64,000 nucleotides of DNA from the human T2T-CHM13v2.0 reference genome, Homo sapiens. The notes beneath the pieces were generated by a model. The model made no database searches. It had not been told where the DNA came from and worked only from the letters and a program-made list of their open reading frames with translations. The DNA is taken from assembly GCF_009914755.1 (NCBI RefSeq), contig NC_060939.1; one strand, 5' to 3'. A program made the translations under genes and the position numbers. Shown here in pieces: positions 1-34,190 of this stretch; within the stretch, counting starts at the first letter, position 1, and each line of letters starts with the position of its first letter.

Positions 1-1346
<1,346 letters not shown>

Positions 1347-2169
1347 TCAAGGCTTAGGTCTCTTTCTTTATTTTATTCTCTTTTTCTGAAAGAGAACTGT
1401 TCAGCAATAATATACTCATCTTTTCTTTGCTTTCTGGTCACCCCAGAGGGCCTTCACCTGAACTGTCAGTTGGCGAAGGTCTGAATTGGGATCAGAGTTG
1501 GTTCACATTCCTTTTCATCTTCAGGTAACAGAGATTTCCTGCAAAGATCATTCTCTGAAGATCTGTAAGATCCAGGATACCGAGTCAGTCCTCAAGTTAA
1601 TCATAAGAACTACATACAGATACTTTTTAAAAAATTCTTCCAGACTTCTAGGTTTTTTTTTCTGCCTCTCGACATTTTGTACTTCTGTCTGTCTCTTTGT
1701 CCAGCAAACTACACTGTCTTCAAACAGAAAAGTCCTTACAGCTCAGAGAGAAGCTGTGAATGCTTGGCCTCTGAGGGGAATGGAGGACACTGAGGTCCCT
1801 GTAGAACTGAGCCACCTTGCTGAGAACAGGTATAGGAGTCATGGCCTCAATTATTCCTAGTTTCTTTGCCTACTTGTCCTACAGTGTTACTTCTTTCTTT
1901 CCTCTTCTCTCCCTATCACTCCCTTTAAACCTTGGATGCATTTTTAAATTCCTGCAGATTCCATTTCTTTTTAGGCTGTTGATAATTCAGTAAGCACTGC
2001 AAAGATCCTACTTGACTAGATTCAACCGTGGGACTGTTAAGAAGACCCAAGTGTAACCTAGAATTTTTTTGTCTGTTTGTTTTTGAGACATTCTCAGCAC
2101 TATGTAAGGGCTAGTTCCACTGGATTTTGCTTTATCTCACCTCACTTCAAATCAAAATACTGAGTATGT

Positions 2170-4124
<1,955 letters not shown>

Positions 4125-4499
4125 CCTGCTCACTATTGTAATAACATCCTGTCATCAGATTTCTTCTACCACCATTTGACTGAAATATTTCTCATACCAG
4201 TTTTCCAGAGGTCTTCTCTCAGTCCTTCCTAGACTTCTATTAGCTCTCTTATTTCTTTATTCTTGAAACTCTCCTCTCTTGCCTTGGTCATAAATCTCAT
4301 TTCTCTTTATAACTGGTTATTCTCTCTATTTTGTGCCAGTCTCTCTTCCTTCTTGTATTCATTTAATCAGAAATTCCTGTTGAGATTCAGGATGCTGAAA
4401 TATCGGTCAATTCAGTCCTATCAGCCACTAGATAGGGTCTGTAGCAGCTGGTGCCCTGCTCCCTTTCCCACAGGCAAACAGCCTTATCCACAATATATT

Positions 4500-4975
4500 T
4501 TTTCATTTACTGTGTGTGTCATAGTGGGGAAAGTTGAGGAAACATTGAGTTAGGAATGGCATTTAGCTGCTTGGAGAAGAAATGAAACTATAATAATGAT
4601 TTAATATAAGAGAATTTGGAGGTAGGTAGGTAAGTAGTCTAGGGCTGGTATGATGACATCGCAATGGAATCACTGTTTCAGGCTCCTTAAAGTTACTTCT
4701 TTATTGTAAAATTGCTTCTGTAGCTCCAGCCATCATGTTTACTTTCCAGTCTTGAAAGAAAAGGAAGGTAGAAGAGAAAAAGCACCTGCCTCCCATCTTA
4801 GTCTGTTACCTTTGGAGAGGTTTCCCAGAAGCCACACCATAAGACTTCTGCTTACATCTTGTTGGCTACCCTGTGTGCAAGGAAGGCAAAGAAATTTAGC
4901 CTTTTAGCTGGATACATTACTTCCCCGCACAAAATAGGGGCTCTTACTAAGGGAAAAGGGAAGAAATTAGTAGAA
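4500..4975. mobile_element. Old MaLR (MLT1-type) LTR fragment
   Basis: MLT1-like motifs gctccagccatcatgtt and acttctgcttacatct...tgcaaggaaggc. Confidence 0.5.
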
Positions 4976-5286
4976 TCTGCCACTCTTCTGCTTTGCATAG
5001 CCTTCCTACATCATAACTTCCAAAAGCTATTACTTTAGCAGCTTTCTATTGTAAGTACTCTCCTATATATTCATATCTTTAGCTGTCTACCTTGTGTGAA
5101 CAATACCGAGAACTTTATCTCCACACTTGACCTTTTGCCTAATACAGTTTCACTGATGAACATCAACAGAAACTGATTTATTAAATTCGAATGTCTAAAA
5201 AGGAGTATTCATCATTTTTTACCAAAAATTTCCTTCTCTTTCCTTCTCTGTTTCTCTTCATTACACCTACATTACCATCCTCCTAA

Positions 5287-5968
<682 letters not shown>

Positions 5969-5980
5969 TACTCTCCATTC

Positions 5981-7145
<1,165 letters not shown>

Positions 7146-7174
7146 CTCTCCATTATTTATGTTGTAGTTGTCTT

Positions 7175-9128
<1,954 letters not shown>

Positions 9129-12094
9129 TCATATAGCCACCGTGCCTGGCCAAGGGTCTGAATGTTTAATTTTATTTAATTTAAATTTAAATAGCCATAT
9201 GTTAACTAGTGGCTTATGGTATTGACAGCACAGGGGCTAGATCTTTAAAATATATATACACAGACATGCATATATATATGTGTGTGTGTGTGTCTGTGTG
9301 TATATACTCTGAGATGGAAAGAAGAGTAATTGTGTGGGAGTATGAAGAGGGTGGGTAAGTAGCTGACATCTAAACAGACCCATGGTGACTTCTGTGTACT
9401 CTGGCCCCTGTTACCCAGGAGAACATTCGGCCCTACTTCAAACTCTGTGGTTGAGCCCTTTGCTTTGGTCTGTGGGCTGCAGTTTTCTCATTATCAGAGT
9501 AATAGGCTATGGTTTTGCTTAGCAGGAAGTTAGTCTGCCTGTGGTAGCTCCGCTGAGAACCTGCCCCAGCTATTCTTCATCCTCATCTGATTGCAGATCC
9601 CAGCTGTGGGCTTTTATCCTTTTCACTAAAGGGAAGGGGCTCTCCATTAATCTTCTTTCATGGAAATGGTAACCTTGGTAGTTACTCTTGGTTTTTCCTG
9701 TGTGATTTTGATGTAGAAAAGTATGTGTGTGAACTGTGAAATATCTAATTTTAGATATTTGCACTAGAAAAGTAAGGTGGCATTCAGCTATTGGTTTTTC
9801 TTTCTCATATGCTATAATTAATGCCCCTTCACCTTCAGTCTTGCCCCAGGCAGTACTCACCTAGAGGAGAGATGGGGCACAGTAACAACCAAGCTTTCTC
9901 CACTGTTTAGCCAGTTGCATACTAGCTTGAATCCCGAAGAAATAGCTCTACCAATAGCACAGTCATAAAGAGCCTAGCAGCCATTGTCTGACACCACAAA
10001 TCTTCATAGCAACAGACCACCACATGGCAACAGCAGCCACACAAAGGAAACATTAGGGAAATCAGTACCTACTTTCTCCCACCCCTCCCCCACCAAAAAC
10101 AACAGCCAACACATTCCCACCTAGCAGCTTACTCCCAGAGGATACTTTAGGGCAGTGACGTGTTTATATACCTTTGTGGATTGTGTTATATGTCCACTGT
10201 CATACATTTAAATCCTGAAGACCTTGGGAAAAATTTCAGTCACCGGCTTTTTTGAGTTTCATTTTGCAAATGGCAAAATAGACTAATCTCCAGGGGAGAA
10301 AGAGAGTCTCCCTTTGTGCATGCTCACACACCTCCTCCCTCCCCCAAGCAAAGCACAGTCAGGCAGTATATATAGGTGACTAGGCTGTGAGCTTGCCAGA
10401 TAGGTAAGGTTGTTTGCAAATGAGATTCTTTTTATATTTCAGTAACAAAACCCAGACCTATTTTGTTATCAAAATCATCCTGATACTTAGGAATTTAGTT
10501 GAGTGATACCTAGGCAATAAATATCTTACTGGTATTGCCTGGGATTAATCATTAGCCCTAACTAACTTAGCTTTGAAGTGTGATTCAAAGGGGAAAAAGT
10601 CCTATTTGAGAGCCTTGGTGTTTTCTTGCTCTGTTAATAAGGTCGTTTGACTATCTGGGCCTTAATTTCCTTATTTGTAAAATGAGGAGGTTGGACTACA
10701 TGATCTCTATGATCCTTCTAGCTCTGATATTTACAACTCTGTAATCATTTATGTGGAATAGAAGAGGGACTTGTCTTTGTTAGTCATTGGTTGTGATGAA
10801 ATCTGCTGGAAGATGTTGAGCCCTCTGGTCTTAGTGCTTACACTGCTAAAAACAGGTCCTGGCCCTGCCCTATTTGATAAAGCTGCTGTAACAATGATAG
10901 GCAGAAGCTATTAACAAAGTTGGCAACTAGCCTTTTCTCCCACAGCAGTAGTTTCAGACTAGTTCAAGCAGAGCTTTGCTCCCAAGCTATTGCTACTGAG
11001 GCTGCTGCTGCCTCTTAATGATACCGGTGAGAACTAACTCCATTTCTCTCTTTAACTCGCTCTCTCTCTCTCTGACTACTCTATGAAACAAGGGGCTGTT
11101 CTCCACCTCTTCTGATACCTCATTATTCCATCTCCCTCAGGCTTTACAGAACAAAGAAATCACAGGGCATCAACTTTATAATTTAGGCAGCTGGAGATAA
11201 TTTCACCAGGATAGGGTGGGTAGGTAGCTGATTCCTCCTGGCATTAGGCAGCATTGCTAAGTGGCCTTGTGTTTTGTCTGCCAGGCTTAAGCTTTGTTAG
11301 GCCCATTCAGGCTTCTCTGTATTTCAATTAAATTATAGTGGTAAACCAAGCCCATGTACTTTCAAAGGGGTAGGGGTTAGGAAAAACAAGAAAAGTATGT
11401 CATTTATAGGCCCTGCTACTCACTAATTGCTCAAGAAATTTTTGTTTAATCTACTATCCCTGTGCTTACTCCTGCCAGATCCTTTATTTCCTTTAGTTGC
11501 TGCCTTCACGGCCTTCTCCATAGCAACAAGCTATATGACAAAAAGGCTATGGTGAGAAATTGAGCAGTCACCCCTCCCCGAAGTTGTACTCTGTTTTCTC
11601 CTTAGGGTATCTAAAAGCAGCCCAAAAGACTGCTGTCAAATAATTTTCTACCCGCATTGAACTCATAATCAAATGAAACTTTTAACCCTGAACTAATTTG
11701 GTGAACAACCTGCATTCTCCTTATTTGACTCTGATTATCCCTACCTTTTGAAAATTTTCTAGATCATTCAATATACTTGAAATATTGTGCATATTCTCAT
11801 TTATGAAGCTCCCTTTTGCTTTTTAGCTTTCAGCTTACTCCTTAGAATTATACAGAAAATCTCCTGGAATGAAGTATGGAGAAAGAGTAGATGAAGAAAG
11901 CGAAACCCTCCCCTTTTCTGCCATGTGCTGTTGCCTTAGATACTAGACTAGTCTTCTGCCCTAGAGATTGGGCAAGCTGCCTGAAGTATAGAACTGGCCT
12001 GCATCTTGGCTGATCCTGGCATAGCCTAATCTGTTATCCTTTGTTATCTTCCCAGCCACTTGTCTACAGGAGTCACAAACCCAAAGGTTTTGTT

Positions 12095-13196
12095 TTTGTT
12101 TTATATTAATAAGTCTTACTGAAAATAATATAAACATGTACGCAAATTCTACGTGTGCAAGTCTGCATTTTCGAAGTGAACACACCATGTGATACCAGCA
12201 CCTAGATGAGGAAACACAGTATTGCCAGAACCCCAAAATCTCTTTCATGCCTCCCTTCTAATAGCTAGCCCTTCTCCCCACCCCAGGTAACCAATCTCAT
12301 TGTTAATACCATAGATTAGTGTTACCCATTTTGAACTTCATGTAAATAGAATCATTACAGTATGAGCTTTTTTATGTTGAGCTGTTCAACATTGTGCCAG
12401 TGAGATTCATCCATATTGTTACATGTTGTTAAACTTTGTTTATTTTCATTATAGTATTCCATTATGTGAGTATACTGCTACTTATTCAGTTGTTGATGGC
12501 ATTTGGGTTATTTGCAGTTTGAGGCTGTTATAAAAAGTGCTGCTGTGAAAATTCTTGTACATGTCTATTTGGGACTATATATACATATTCCTATCTATCT
12601 ATACTTAGAAATGGAATTATTGAATCATAAGGTATGTGTATGATCAACTTGAATAGACATCACAAGTTTCCCAAAATGTGTAAACCAATTTACATTCCTA
12701 CTTCCAATGTATTAGAATCCTGATTGCTCTGTGTTCTAGCCAACACTTGACCTTATTTGTCTTTTTCATTTTAGCCATTCTGGTGGTGTGTAGTGGTATC
12801 TCATTGTGGTATTAATTTGCATTTCCCTGGTGAGTAATGAAATTGAGCATCTTTTCATGTGTTCATTGGCCATTTGGAAATCTCTTTTACGAAGTGTCTG
12901 TTCAAGTCTTTTGCCCATTTTTGGATTGGGTTGTATGTCTTTTTCTTATTGATTTGTATGAATTCTTTGCATATTCTGGTTATTAGTCCTTTGTGAGATT
13001 TATGTAATATAAATATCTTCTGTGTCTTAACTTTTCTGTTAATGGTGTCTTTGTCTTCATTTTTATGTAGTCTATTTTATCTTTTTTAAATTTTTTGTTT
13101 TTCTTTTATTGTTAGTGCTTTCTGTGCCCTGTTTAACAAAGTTTTGCCCATCCCAAGATAATATATTCTTCTATGTTTTTTCTGAGAACCTTGTTT

Positions 13197-13227
<31 letters not shown>

Positions 13228-13695
13228 TATAAAAATACATATATATATATATATATATTTACATCCACAATCTATCTGGAATTTATTTTTGTTTAGGATG
13301 TAAGTTGGAAGTCAAGATTCTTATTTTTTTATATGGATATCTAATTGGCCCAGCACCTTATCAAAAAGACCATCCTTTCCCCCATTGCACAGCAGTGTCA
13401 CATTTGTCGTAAACCAGTTAACCTGTGTGGGTTTATTTATGGGTTCTCTTCTGTTCCATTTATACATTTACGTATTCTTGTGTCAATACTACATTGTCTT
13501 GATAACTACAGCTTTGTAAATCTTGTTATCTAGTAGTATAAGTCTTCCAGTTTTGTTGTACTTCTTCAAGATTGCCTTGGCTTTACTTGGCCTTTTGCAT
13601 TTCCATGTAAATTTTAGGATCATCTTTGTGAATTTTTACAGAAAAAAAAGTGCTGAAATTTTGATTAGGATCTACAGATCAATTTGGAGAAGACC
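12095..13695 (-). mobile_element. L1M (L1MB/ME-type) 3' fragment, antisense
   Basis: Typical antisense L1 motifs: tagtggtatctcattgtggt, ttgagcatcttttcatgtg, tgtctgttcaagtcttttgcccatttt. Internal (TA)n at 13195-13258. Confidence 0.85.
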
Positions 13696-13818
13696 CAAAG
13701 TTTTATCCTTTTACTTAAGCTAGTAAACTCAGCAGTTACTGAGGGAGAATTGGGGGGAGGGGGGATCAGAGCAAGTCACTGATATCATTTAGGGATCTTG
13801 TTTAAAATATATGTTAGC

Positions 13819-14320
13819 TGGCCAGGCACCATGGCTCACACCTGTAATCCCAGCACTTTGGGAGGCTGAAGTGGACAGATTTCTTGAGCCCGGGAATTCA
13901 AGACCAGCCCGGACAACATGGCGAAACTCCATCTCTACAAAAAGTAGAAAATTAGCCAGGCTTGGTTGCAAGCGCCTGTGGTCTCAGCTACTTGGAAGGC
14001 TGAGGTGGGAGGATCACCTGAGTCCAGGAAGGCTGAGGCTGCAGTGAGCTGTGATTGCACCACTGCATTCCAGCCTAGGTGACAGAGTGAGGCCCTGTCT
14101 CAAATAAATAAAATAAAATTAAATTAAAAAGTTAGCTATCTCCTGCTCCTATTCTCAATCAGCATGTTCAAGATGGAGCTTGGAACCAGGTGCAGTGGCT
14201 CACACCTGTAATCTCAGCACTTTAGGAGGCCAAGGCAGAAGGATCATTTGAGCCCAGGAGTTTGAAACCAGCCTGGGCAACATAGTGAGACCCGTCTTTA
14301 TTTAAAAAATAAAATAAATA
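13819..14320 (+). mobile_element. AluJ-type element plus left-arm monomer
   Basis: Alu consensus with J-type right arm. Confidence 0.85.
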
Positions 14321-14508
14321 AGATGGAGCTTGGACTTGCCTATTGTAAAAAATGCTCCCCAAGAAATTATGGTTTGCTGCCATCACCACTGTTCTCCACC
14401 AACCCTGTTTGAGAACCACTGACTTAGACTGCAGTCTAGCAGCAATTCAGTGAGGCTAGTTAAGGTAAAATCTGACTGATTTAATCAACACCACATCTGC
14501 CTTTGGGG

Positions 14509-14957
14509 CTGTATTAATTTCCTGGGCTGCTGTAACAATGTACCAAAAACTGAGTGGCTTAAAACAACAGAAAGTTATTATTTCACAGTTCCTGAGGCCA
14601 GGCATCTGAGATCAAGGTGTTGGCAGGACCATCTGTCTCCTGCAGCTCTAGGGAAGAATTCTTCTTTTCTTCTGCTCTTTGCTGGCAATCCATAGTGTTC
14701 CTTGGCTTGTAGCTGCATCATCCCAGTCACATGGCTGTCTTCCCTCTTTGCATATCTGTGTCCAAATTGCTCCATTTTATAAGGACACCAGTCACTGGAT
14801 TAGGGCAGACCCTAATGACCTTATCTTGATAACTTGATTGCCTCTGTAAAGACCCTATTTCCAAATAAGGTCATATGCTGAGGTACTAGGGGTTAGAACT
14901 TCAATATACCTTTTTTTGGCAGGGGAAGGGTGGGACAGGGACACAGTTCAATTCATA
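14509..14957 (-). mobile_element. MLT1 (MaLR) solo LTR
   Basis: tgtattaatttcctgggctgctgtaaca...aagaccctatttccaaataaggtca...cacagttcaa. Confidence 0.85.
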
Positions 14958-15107
14958 AAAGGGGCAAATGAAAATTTCAGAATAATTATTGTCACAAGTT
15001 GGAGAGAGAAGATTTTCTAGAAATGTGCATAATAATGAGAGACATTGCTTCCCAAAGTCAGTCTGAGCAGATCATCCACCCTCTGACCCCAACTGTTACT
15101 GGGTTGA

Positions 15108-18020
<2,913 letters not shown>

Positions 18021-19030
18021 TATTATTATAATGGTTTTCATTTTCTGTAAATCTAAAATTTTTTTAAATGGTTTTCAGATAACAACTATGCACCAATTTA
18101 AGAAGAAAATCTTAGCTAGTACGTAACCACACATGGTCTAATTCTTTCTAGTTTCTTCATTTCTGGAGGCAACTCACTCTTGGAAGTTTCTGAATATATT
18201 TACCCTTTCTCTACATCTCTGGTTTGAACTTTCATCCTGGAGGAAATAGCGCTCATAAATGCACATACTCTCTAATCACATGTCAAAGTTAATTATTAGA
18301 CAGTAACATACCAGAGATCAGCTGTGGGAAGGAAACAATTTCTACATTCTCCCATCTGAGGCTTCTGCAGAGGTAGTAGCATGTAGAGTTCCATACCAGC
18401 CTTCCTCACAGGCATCCTCTTGCAACTCTCCCTCAGCTCTCAGTCCTACCAATTTCCTGCAACATTCCTTGCTGCAGGCGTGAGCCACCACACCTGGCCA
18501 GAAACTATAATTTATTTACTTTCATACGATCTGTTTCTCCACCTCAACCTCTAAAGAGAACTAGAAAACTGGAGTGGGAAAACTTTAGAAAACTACTAGT
18601 ACTGACTGGGAGTTGAGGTATTGGTTGTAGCTGCATCTTCCTCCTTGCCCTTACTCCGAACATCAGTAAACAAATATGTCTGTCATTCTCCTTTAGAAAT
18701 AAAAATAGGAACTACATAGACACCATTAACAGGTTTTTGATCATTTAGTGGTGGTTAAAAGGACCTTTGGCCATTATAAGAGGTCTAGAGAGAGTAAAGA
18801 GGACTTTACTAGGAAAGCAAAGAGAAGACCATAACTGAAGGCATATTCAACTTCTAGAGAATAGGACCAAATTGAACAACAATTTGGCACCAGTGTAAAG
18901 TGTGTCAGCAACAATTATTAATATTTATTGTTAACTATTCATACTAGCACTGGACATTAGGCTTAACACTTACTATTTTTCTGACCAAGCTAAGGAAATA
19001 CAACTTTCAAGGGAACAAGGTAACAAAGTA

Positions 19031-19735
19031 GGCCAGGTGTGGTGGCTCATGCCTGTAATCCCTGCACTTTGGGAGGCTGAGGCAAGAGGATCACTTGAAC
19101 CCAGGAGTTTTAGACCAACCTGGGCAACATAGCAAGACCCCTTCTCTATCAAAAAAAAAATTTTTTTTTAATTAGCTGGACATGGTAGTATGTACCTGTA
19201 ATCCCAGCTACTCAGGAAACTGAGGTGGGAGGATCACTTGAGCCCAGGAGGTCATGGCTACAGTGAGCCATGATCTTGCCGGTATACTCTAACCTGGGCA
19301 ACAGAGCAAGACCCTGTCTCAAAATATATGTGGGAACAAGCTTTTTATTTGTATTATTTATTTATTTTAAACAACAACATCTTGTCCAAGACAAATTTTT
19401 TTTAAAAAGAGGAAAAGAATAAAGAAAAAGAAGGCCAAGGCCAATGGCTCACACCTATAATCCCAGTACTTTGGGAAGACTGCTTTAAGCCAAATTCAAG
19501 ACCAGCCTGGTCAACATATAGCAAGACCTCATCTCTACAAAAAAAAATTTAAAAATTAGCTGGGCATGATGGTGTGTGCCTCTAGTCCTTGCTACTCAGG
19601 AAGCTGAGGAGGGAGGATCACTTGAGCCAAGGAGTGTGAGGTTACAGTGAGCTATGATCACATCACTGCACTCCAGTCTAGGCGACAAGAGTGAGACCCT
19701 GTGTCAATAAAAAACAAAAAGAAAAATAATAAAAA
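19031..19735 (+). mobile_element. Two AluJ-type elements
   Basis: Alu consensus. Confidence 0.85.
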
Positions 19736-20162
19736 GAATCAGAGGTCTTTAAAATATAACAGATGATGGATCCAGTGTTACATACCTAAGTATACCTTTA
19801 CCACAGCTTCTGCCTTGATATGTGAGTCTGAGGGTTCAACTGTAAATTGCAGAAAACTTATAAAATGGTTTGGTGCCCAAGGACTGTTGCTAAGTCTTGC
19901 ATGTAAGTCCAAAGTGGATACTATCCAAGTGACCTGCAATGCCATCCATAGATGGTGGGCAAAATTGATGGATGAGCTCTTGATCCAATGGGTAGCTTTG
20001 TTTTTATTATACATGTCTTTGGACCAGGCAATCATCTACTAAGTCACATTATAATAAGAAGAGGAGTATGAATGCTTAAAACAGACTTTGTTAGCTACCC
20101 TTACTGTGCTTTGAATTCAAAGCATAATTTCAGAGATAATGAGCTATATCTTCTCCTAAATT

Positions 20163-20198
20163 TTCTCTCTCTTTCTTTTCTTTTCTTCTTTCTTTCTT

Positions 20199-20230
<32 letters not shown>

Positions 20231-20353
20231 TTCCTTCCTTCCTTCCTTTCTTCCTTCCTTTCTTTCTTCCTTTCTTCCTTCCTTCCTTCCTTCCTTTCTT
20301 TCCCTCCCTCCCTCCCTCCCTCCCTTCCTTCCTTCCTTCCTTCCTTCCTTCCT
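20163..20353. repeat. (TTTC)n/(TTCC)n/(CCCT)n polypyrimidine microsatellite; expanded tail of a - strand Alu (to 20610)
   Basis: About 190 nt of pure C/T abutting the Alu 3' end. Confidence 0.95.
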
Positions 20354-20699
20354 CAGGCTGGAGTACAGTGGTGCAGTCTTGGCTCACAGCCACCTCCATC
20401 TCCTGAGCTCAAGATATCCTCCTACCTCAACCCTCTAGGTAGCTGAGACTACAGGCGTGTGCCACCATGCTCGGCTAATTTTTCTATTTTTTGTAGAGAT
20501 GGGGTCTCACCATGTTACTTAGGCTGGTGTTGAACTCCTGGGCTCAAGTGATCTGCCTACCACAGCCTCCCAAAATGCTGGGATTACAGGCATGAGCCAT
20601 TGCACTCGGCGTCCTACATTTTCTGCCCCACAACTAGCAACTGTTTTTTCCTCTGATTTTTTTTTTTAATTTTTGAAATTATTTTATTATTTCAAAAGT

Positions 20700-22605
<1,906 letters not shown>

Positions 22606-23426
22606 TTCAAAAGGAAAAAGTAACAATTTTTATTGTTGAACATTTAGGAGACAAAGTCAAAATTCACCAAGAGGAAAAGAATAAATTACCCAGAGATAAC
22701 CAATGTTTGAATTTTTATATTATATATTTTTGTTGCTTCTTTTATTTTATATTTTTAACAAATTGAGACCCTTCTCTATATATTTCGTAATCTTCTTTGT
22801 TTAGAGAAATATATTCCTGTAACATATTTCCATAACATTAAATGACCTTCTATAACATTTTAAATAACTACAGAGTATTCCATGTTAAGGATGTATCATA
22901 ATGGACTTAGTCATTATATCTTTTATATGGTTTAAAAAAAGATACTTCTTAAATTTTCTAGCTCTTCAAGAGCTGAGCTTCATTTTTTACATCATCAATA
23001 AAGTACCTCACATACCAAGGAGACACATTATGTGTTTCATAATAATAACCTTGCAGCTTTGGACTTTTCGGTTTTTGTCCAAACTCCCTTTTCTCTTTTT
23101 ATCCTCTTGCTGCATTTTGCCTACTTGGACATTTTCTTTTTGCTTCTTCCACCTGTTCTGTGTGTCTTTCACTTTGCCACCAGTATGTAGCTTTATTGCT
23201 GCATCTGTTTCTTTTCTGGTAGAAACAGGTCAAACGTAAAATCAATAACCTGCTTCTCAGCCCAAAATAAACCTACAGGTGTTGATGTCTTTTGCTTTAG
23301 TCCACAGTTTTATTCTCAAGTGCAGTGCGTAAACCATTTAGTGTTTTACACCGAAAATACGAGCTCCTGAGAACCAAGAAAGTGTAATCTTATCTTGTGA
23401 GGCAGCGTAGTTAAAAATACGTATAA

Positions 23427-25682
<2,256 letters not shown>

Positions 25683-27254
25683 TCATTAATTTCTAAATCA
25701 AATAAGTTCAGTCATGACAGACAACATAAAATTTGTATGTGGAAGTCTTGGGGCTTAAGAGAGGATAAAAGTTAGATTAACATTAGAAGAAGGTATGGAA
25801 AATCTGTACACAAAACAGTACCTATACTTTAGCAGGGCAGCCAGTGAATCAGAAATGTGTTAAAGGGAAAGAGGTCCTCTACTTAGATCCAATAACTGTG
25901 TCTTTAGCATCTCAACCTCCTGAAAGTAAGAAGCTGGGGAGTTGGGGGTAGCTAGAGGGAGAGACCAGACCATCCATTTGCACAGAATATTCAAAAGAGT
26001 CTGTAGAACTTTGAGAAAAACCTTGCAGAGTGTACATCTTCACCTAAGACTAGAATAGCTAATGCGATTGTGAAATGGAATATTTATTTAGTGTGTAAGA
26101 TTTGTGTTGATGGGTGGGGGGGGGATCCTTTGTCATTTATTTAAAAGTAATATAAAATTATAAAAATGTTTGTTACTGGCCCGGCAGAGCCAATTTGGCA
26201 GTCTAGAAAAAGTCTGGATTTATAAGCAAACTAATGGAAATAGGAAGGATTTTTTTAGTAATAGTTTTGAGGCAACTTTGTGAGGAGGGAATAAGTTGAT
26301 TTACAGACCCATCTCAAACTATCTATAAACATATATATACATATATACACATGAACATCTTAACTTTATGTAAGCCTGGTCCTATTTACTTTCAAATGGA
26401 CTGGAATGAAAAGAAATTATACCTTATTGCATTTTTGTCATGTAGTCCCAAGTAGGCAGCTTTGCTTCCTAAGATTTCTGGGGTGGTTTCTTCATATTTG
26501 CTTTGTATATGGGAGCTCATTTTTAGGAAGTTTTATAACCGAAATATCTTCAAATAAATATATGCAAATAATACCACAAAACAGCATAAGAGCCCTACTA
26601 ATGATACAGTCAGCAGATGCCATATAATTGTGAACTGAAAGAGATCACTTTTGGCTAAATTATAGAGCTCAGCTCATTTTCACCTTTTCCTAAAAAGGTG
26701 ACTCTAGGTAAAAGGTAGCTGAGCAGACCACAGCAACTCTTGTTCAGTTTGATTATTTTAAACTAGGAAACCAGGTAACTGCAGTAGATGCCTGCTATTA
26801 TGAGGGATTAGATAGGAGCAGTGAGCCATTGCTCAGCTCCTGTTCAGTGTGGGGGTTCCCCAGCCAGTTCATCACAGGTATCAGAGGGCAAACACTGTGA
26901 CAGGAGCTGTCAGGAGGACTATACAAAGAGAAAGCATTATTGACATAGCAAAGACATGAGGTGACCTAGATGTTTGTAAGCCACTCTGGCAGCTACAGCT
27001 GAGGGAGCAGGCCTGGTTAGAGATTTCTCACAGGTGTTCTCCAGACCCGAACACTGTAGTTTTATGTAGATTGCTCCCCTCTTGGGAAGGAAGTAGAGCT
27101 GTTTTGTTTCTATTCACGTGTTATGTATTACCTCTCTCACTATCTCATTAACCAGTGTTGTCACCACCACACCCAACTCTGTGTACTAAAATTTGTTGTT
27201 CAGAAATTTAAAAAAAAAAAACTTAAGACATGAAACCTGAGAGCCCAGTTTACA

Positions 27255-31586
<4,332 letters not shown>

Positions 31587-31880
31587 TATCTTATTTTCTA
31601 TAACTTATTTTAATATATTAGCCCACCAATCAGTAACAATTAACAAATATTTATTTAGCATCAAGTATTAGATCAGCTTTTTCCATATCTCCTTCCTACT
31701 CTCTGACACATGCCTCAGTTCTTCACTTGTGGTTTGGTCTCACTCTTCTTCATGTGTGTCATGCTTATCCCAAATCCATTTAGGATTATAAAATTCTCCC
31801 TATTCTTTCTCTGACCTAACAGTCCATGGCTTTACCACAGTTTGTAGTGCAGCATATGGTTTTGGGTTTTTAAGTAATGG

Positions 31881-32034
31881 GTTTTCTCCTTTTTTCTTTC
31901 TTTCTCCTTCCTTCTTTTCTTCCTCCCTTCCTCCCTTCCTTCCTCTTTTCTTTTCTTTTTTCCTCCGTCCCTCCTCCCTCTCTCCCTCTTTCTCCTCCCC
32001 TCCCCTCTCTCCCTTCCTCCCTTCCTCTTTCTTT
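31881..32034. repeat. CT-rich low-complexity tract
   Basis: About 150 nt, almost entirely C/T. Confidence 0.9.
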
Positions 32035-32201
32035 AGATCCAGCATCCCAACTAATGGTTTTGAATATATCCATTCTCCGACACCACCCTGCCCCCCACCT
32101 CCAAGATTAGAACACAACTTTCCATTCAGTAGCCATATCTCTATTCTGTTTTGAATCTTCAGTAGCACTTGGCACAATGACGGAGTATGGTAAGTAGTAT
32201 G

Positions 32202-32915
<714 letters not shown>

Positions 32916-33371
32916 TTAGGGAGCACAATTCAAAGACTATTGGGATAGTCTACAGGTAAGTTAATGAGGACTTAGACTCTAGTGGTTGTGGGGATGTGGA
33001 GAGGAAGACATTATTCAGAGATTTCAAAGGCAGAATGGGCAGGTCATGGTGGCTGACTCTTGTCCAAATGCCAGAAAGTCAACTCTATTTACTTCTTTTT
33101 TTTTTAGCCCTTGATCCCTCCTGGCTATGCCCAAAGTTTCCTGCTTCCTTTACAGATCATCAGTTGCCTCTCCTCAGGATCCAGAATTCTCACAACTTTC
33201 AAGAATTCAAACTGGGCAAGCAAATCCCTGAAAGGCAAAACTGACTGCACTGGTAGAAGTGGCTTGATCCCCAGCTTTCTGTCTCCCAGCATGAAGATAG
33301 CAGCAGCTTAGTTAACTTCTCTATAAAGAGGCAGAAGGAAAACAATGCTTGGCTTTTATGCCTTATGTGTA

Positions 33372-34190
<819 letters not shown>

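Noticed and set aside
19770-20045. Unique-looking segment with ORFs on both strands
   Set aside because: No recognisable protein or splice structure; could be an old repeat that I cannot identify.
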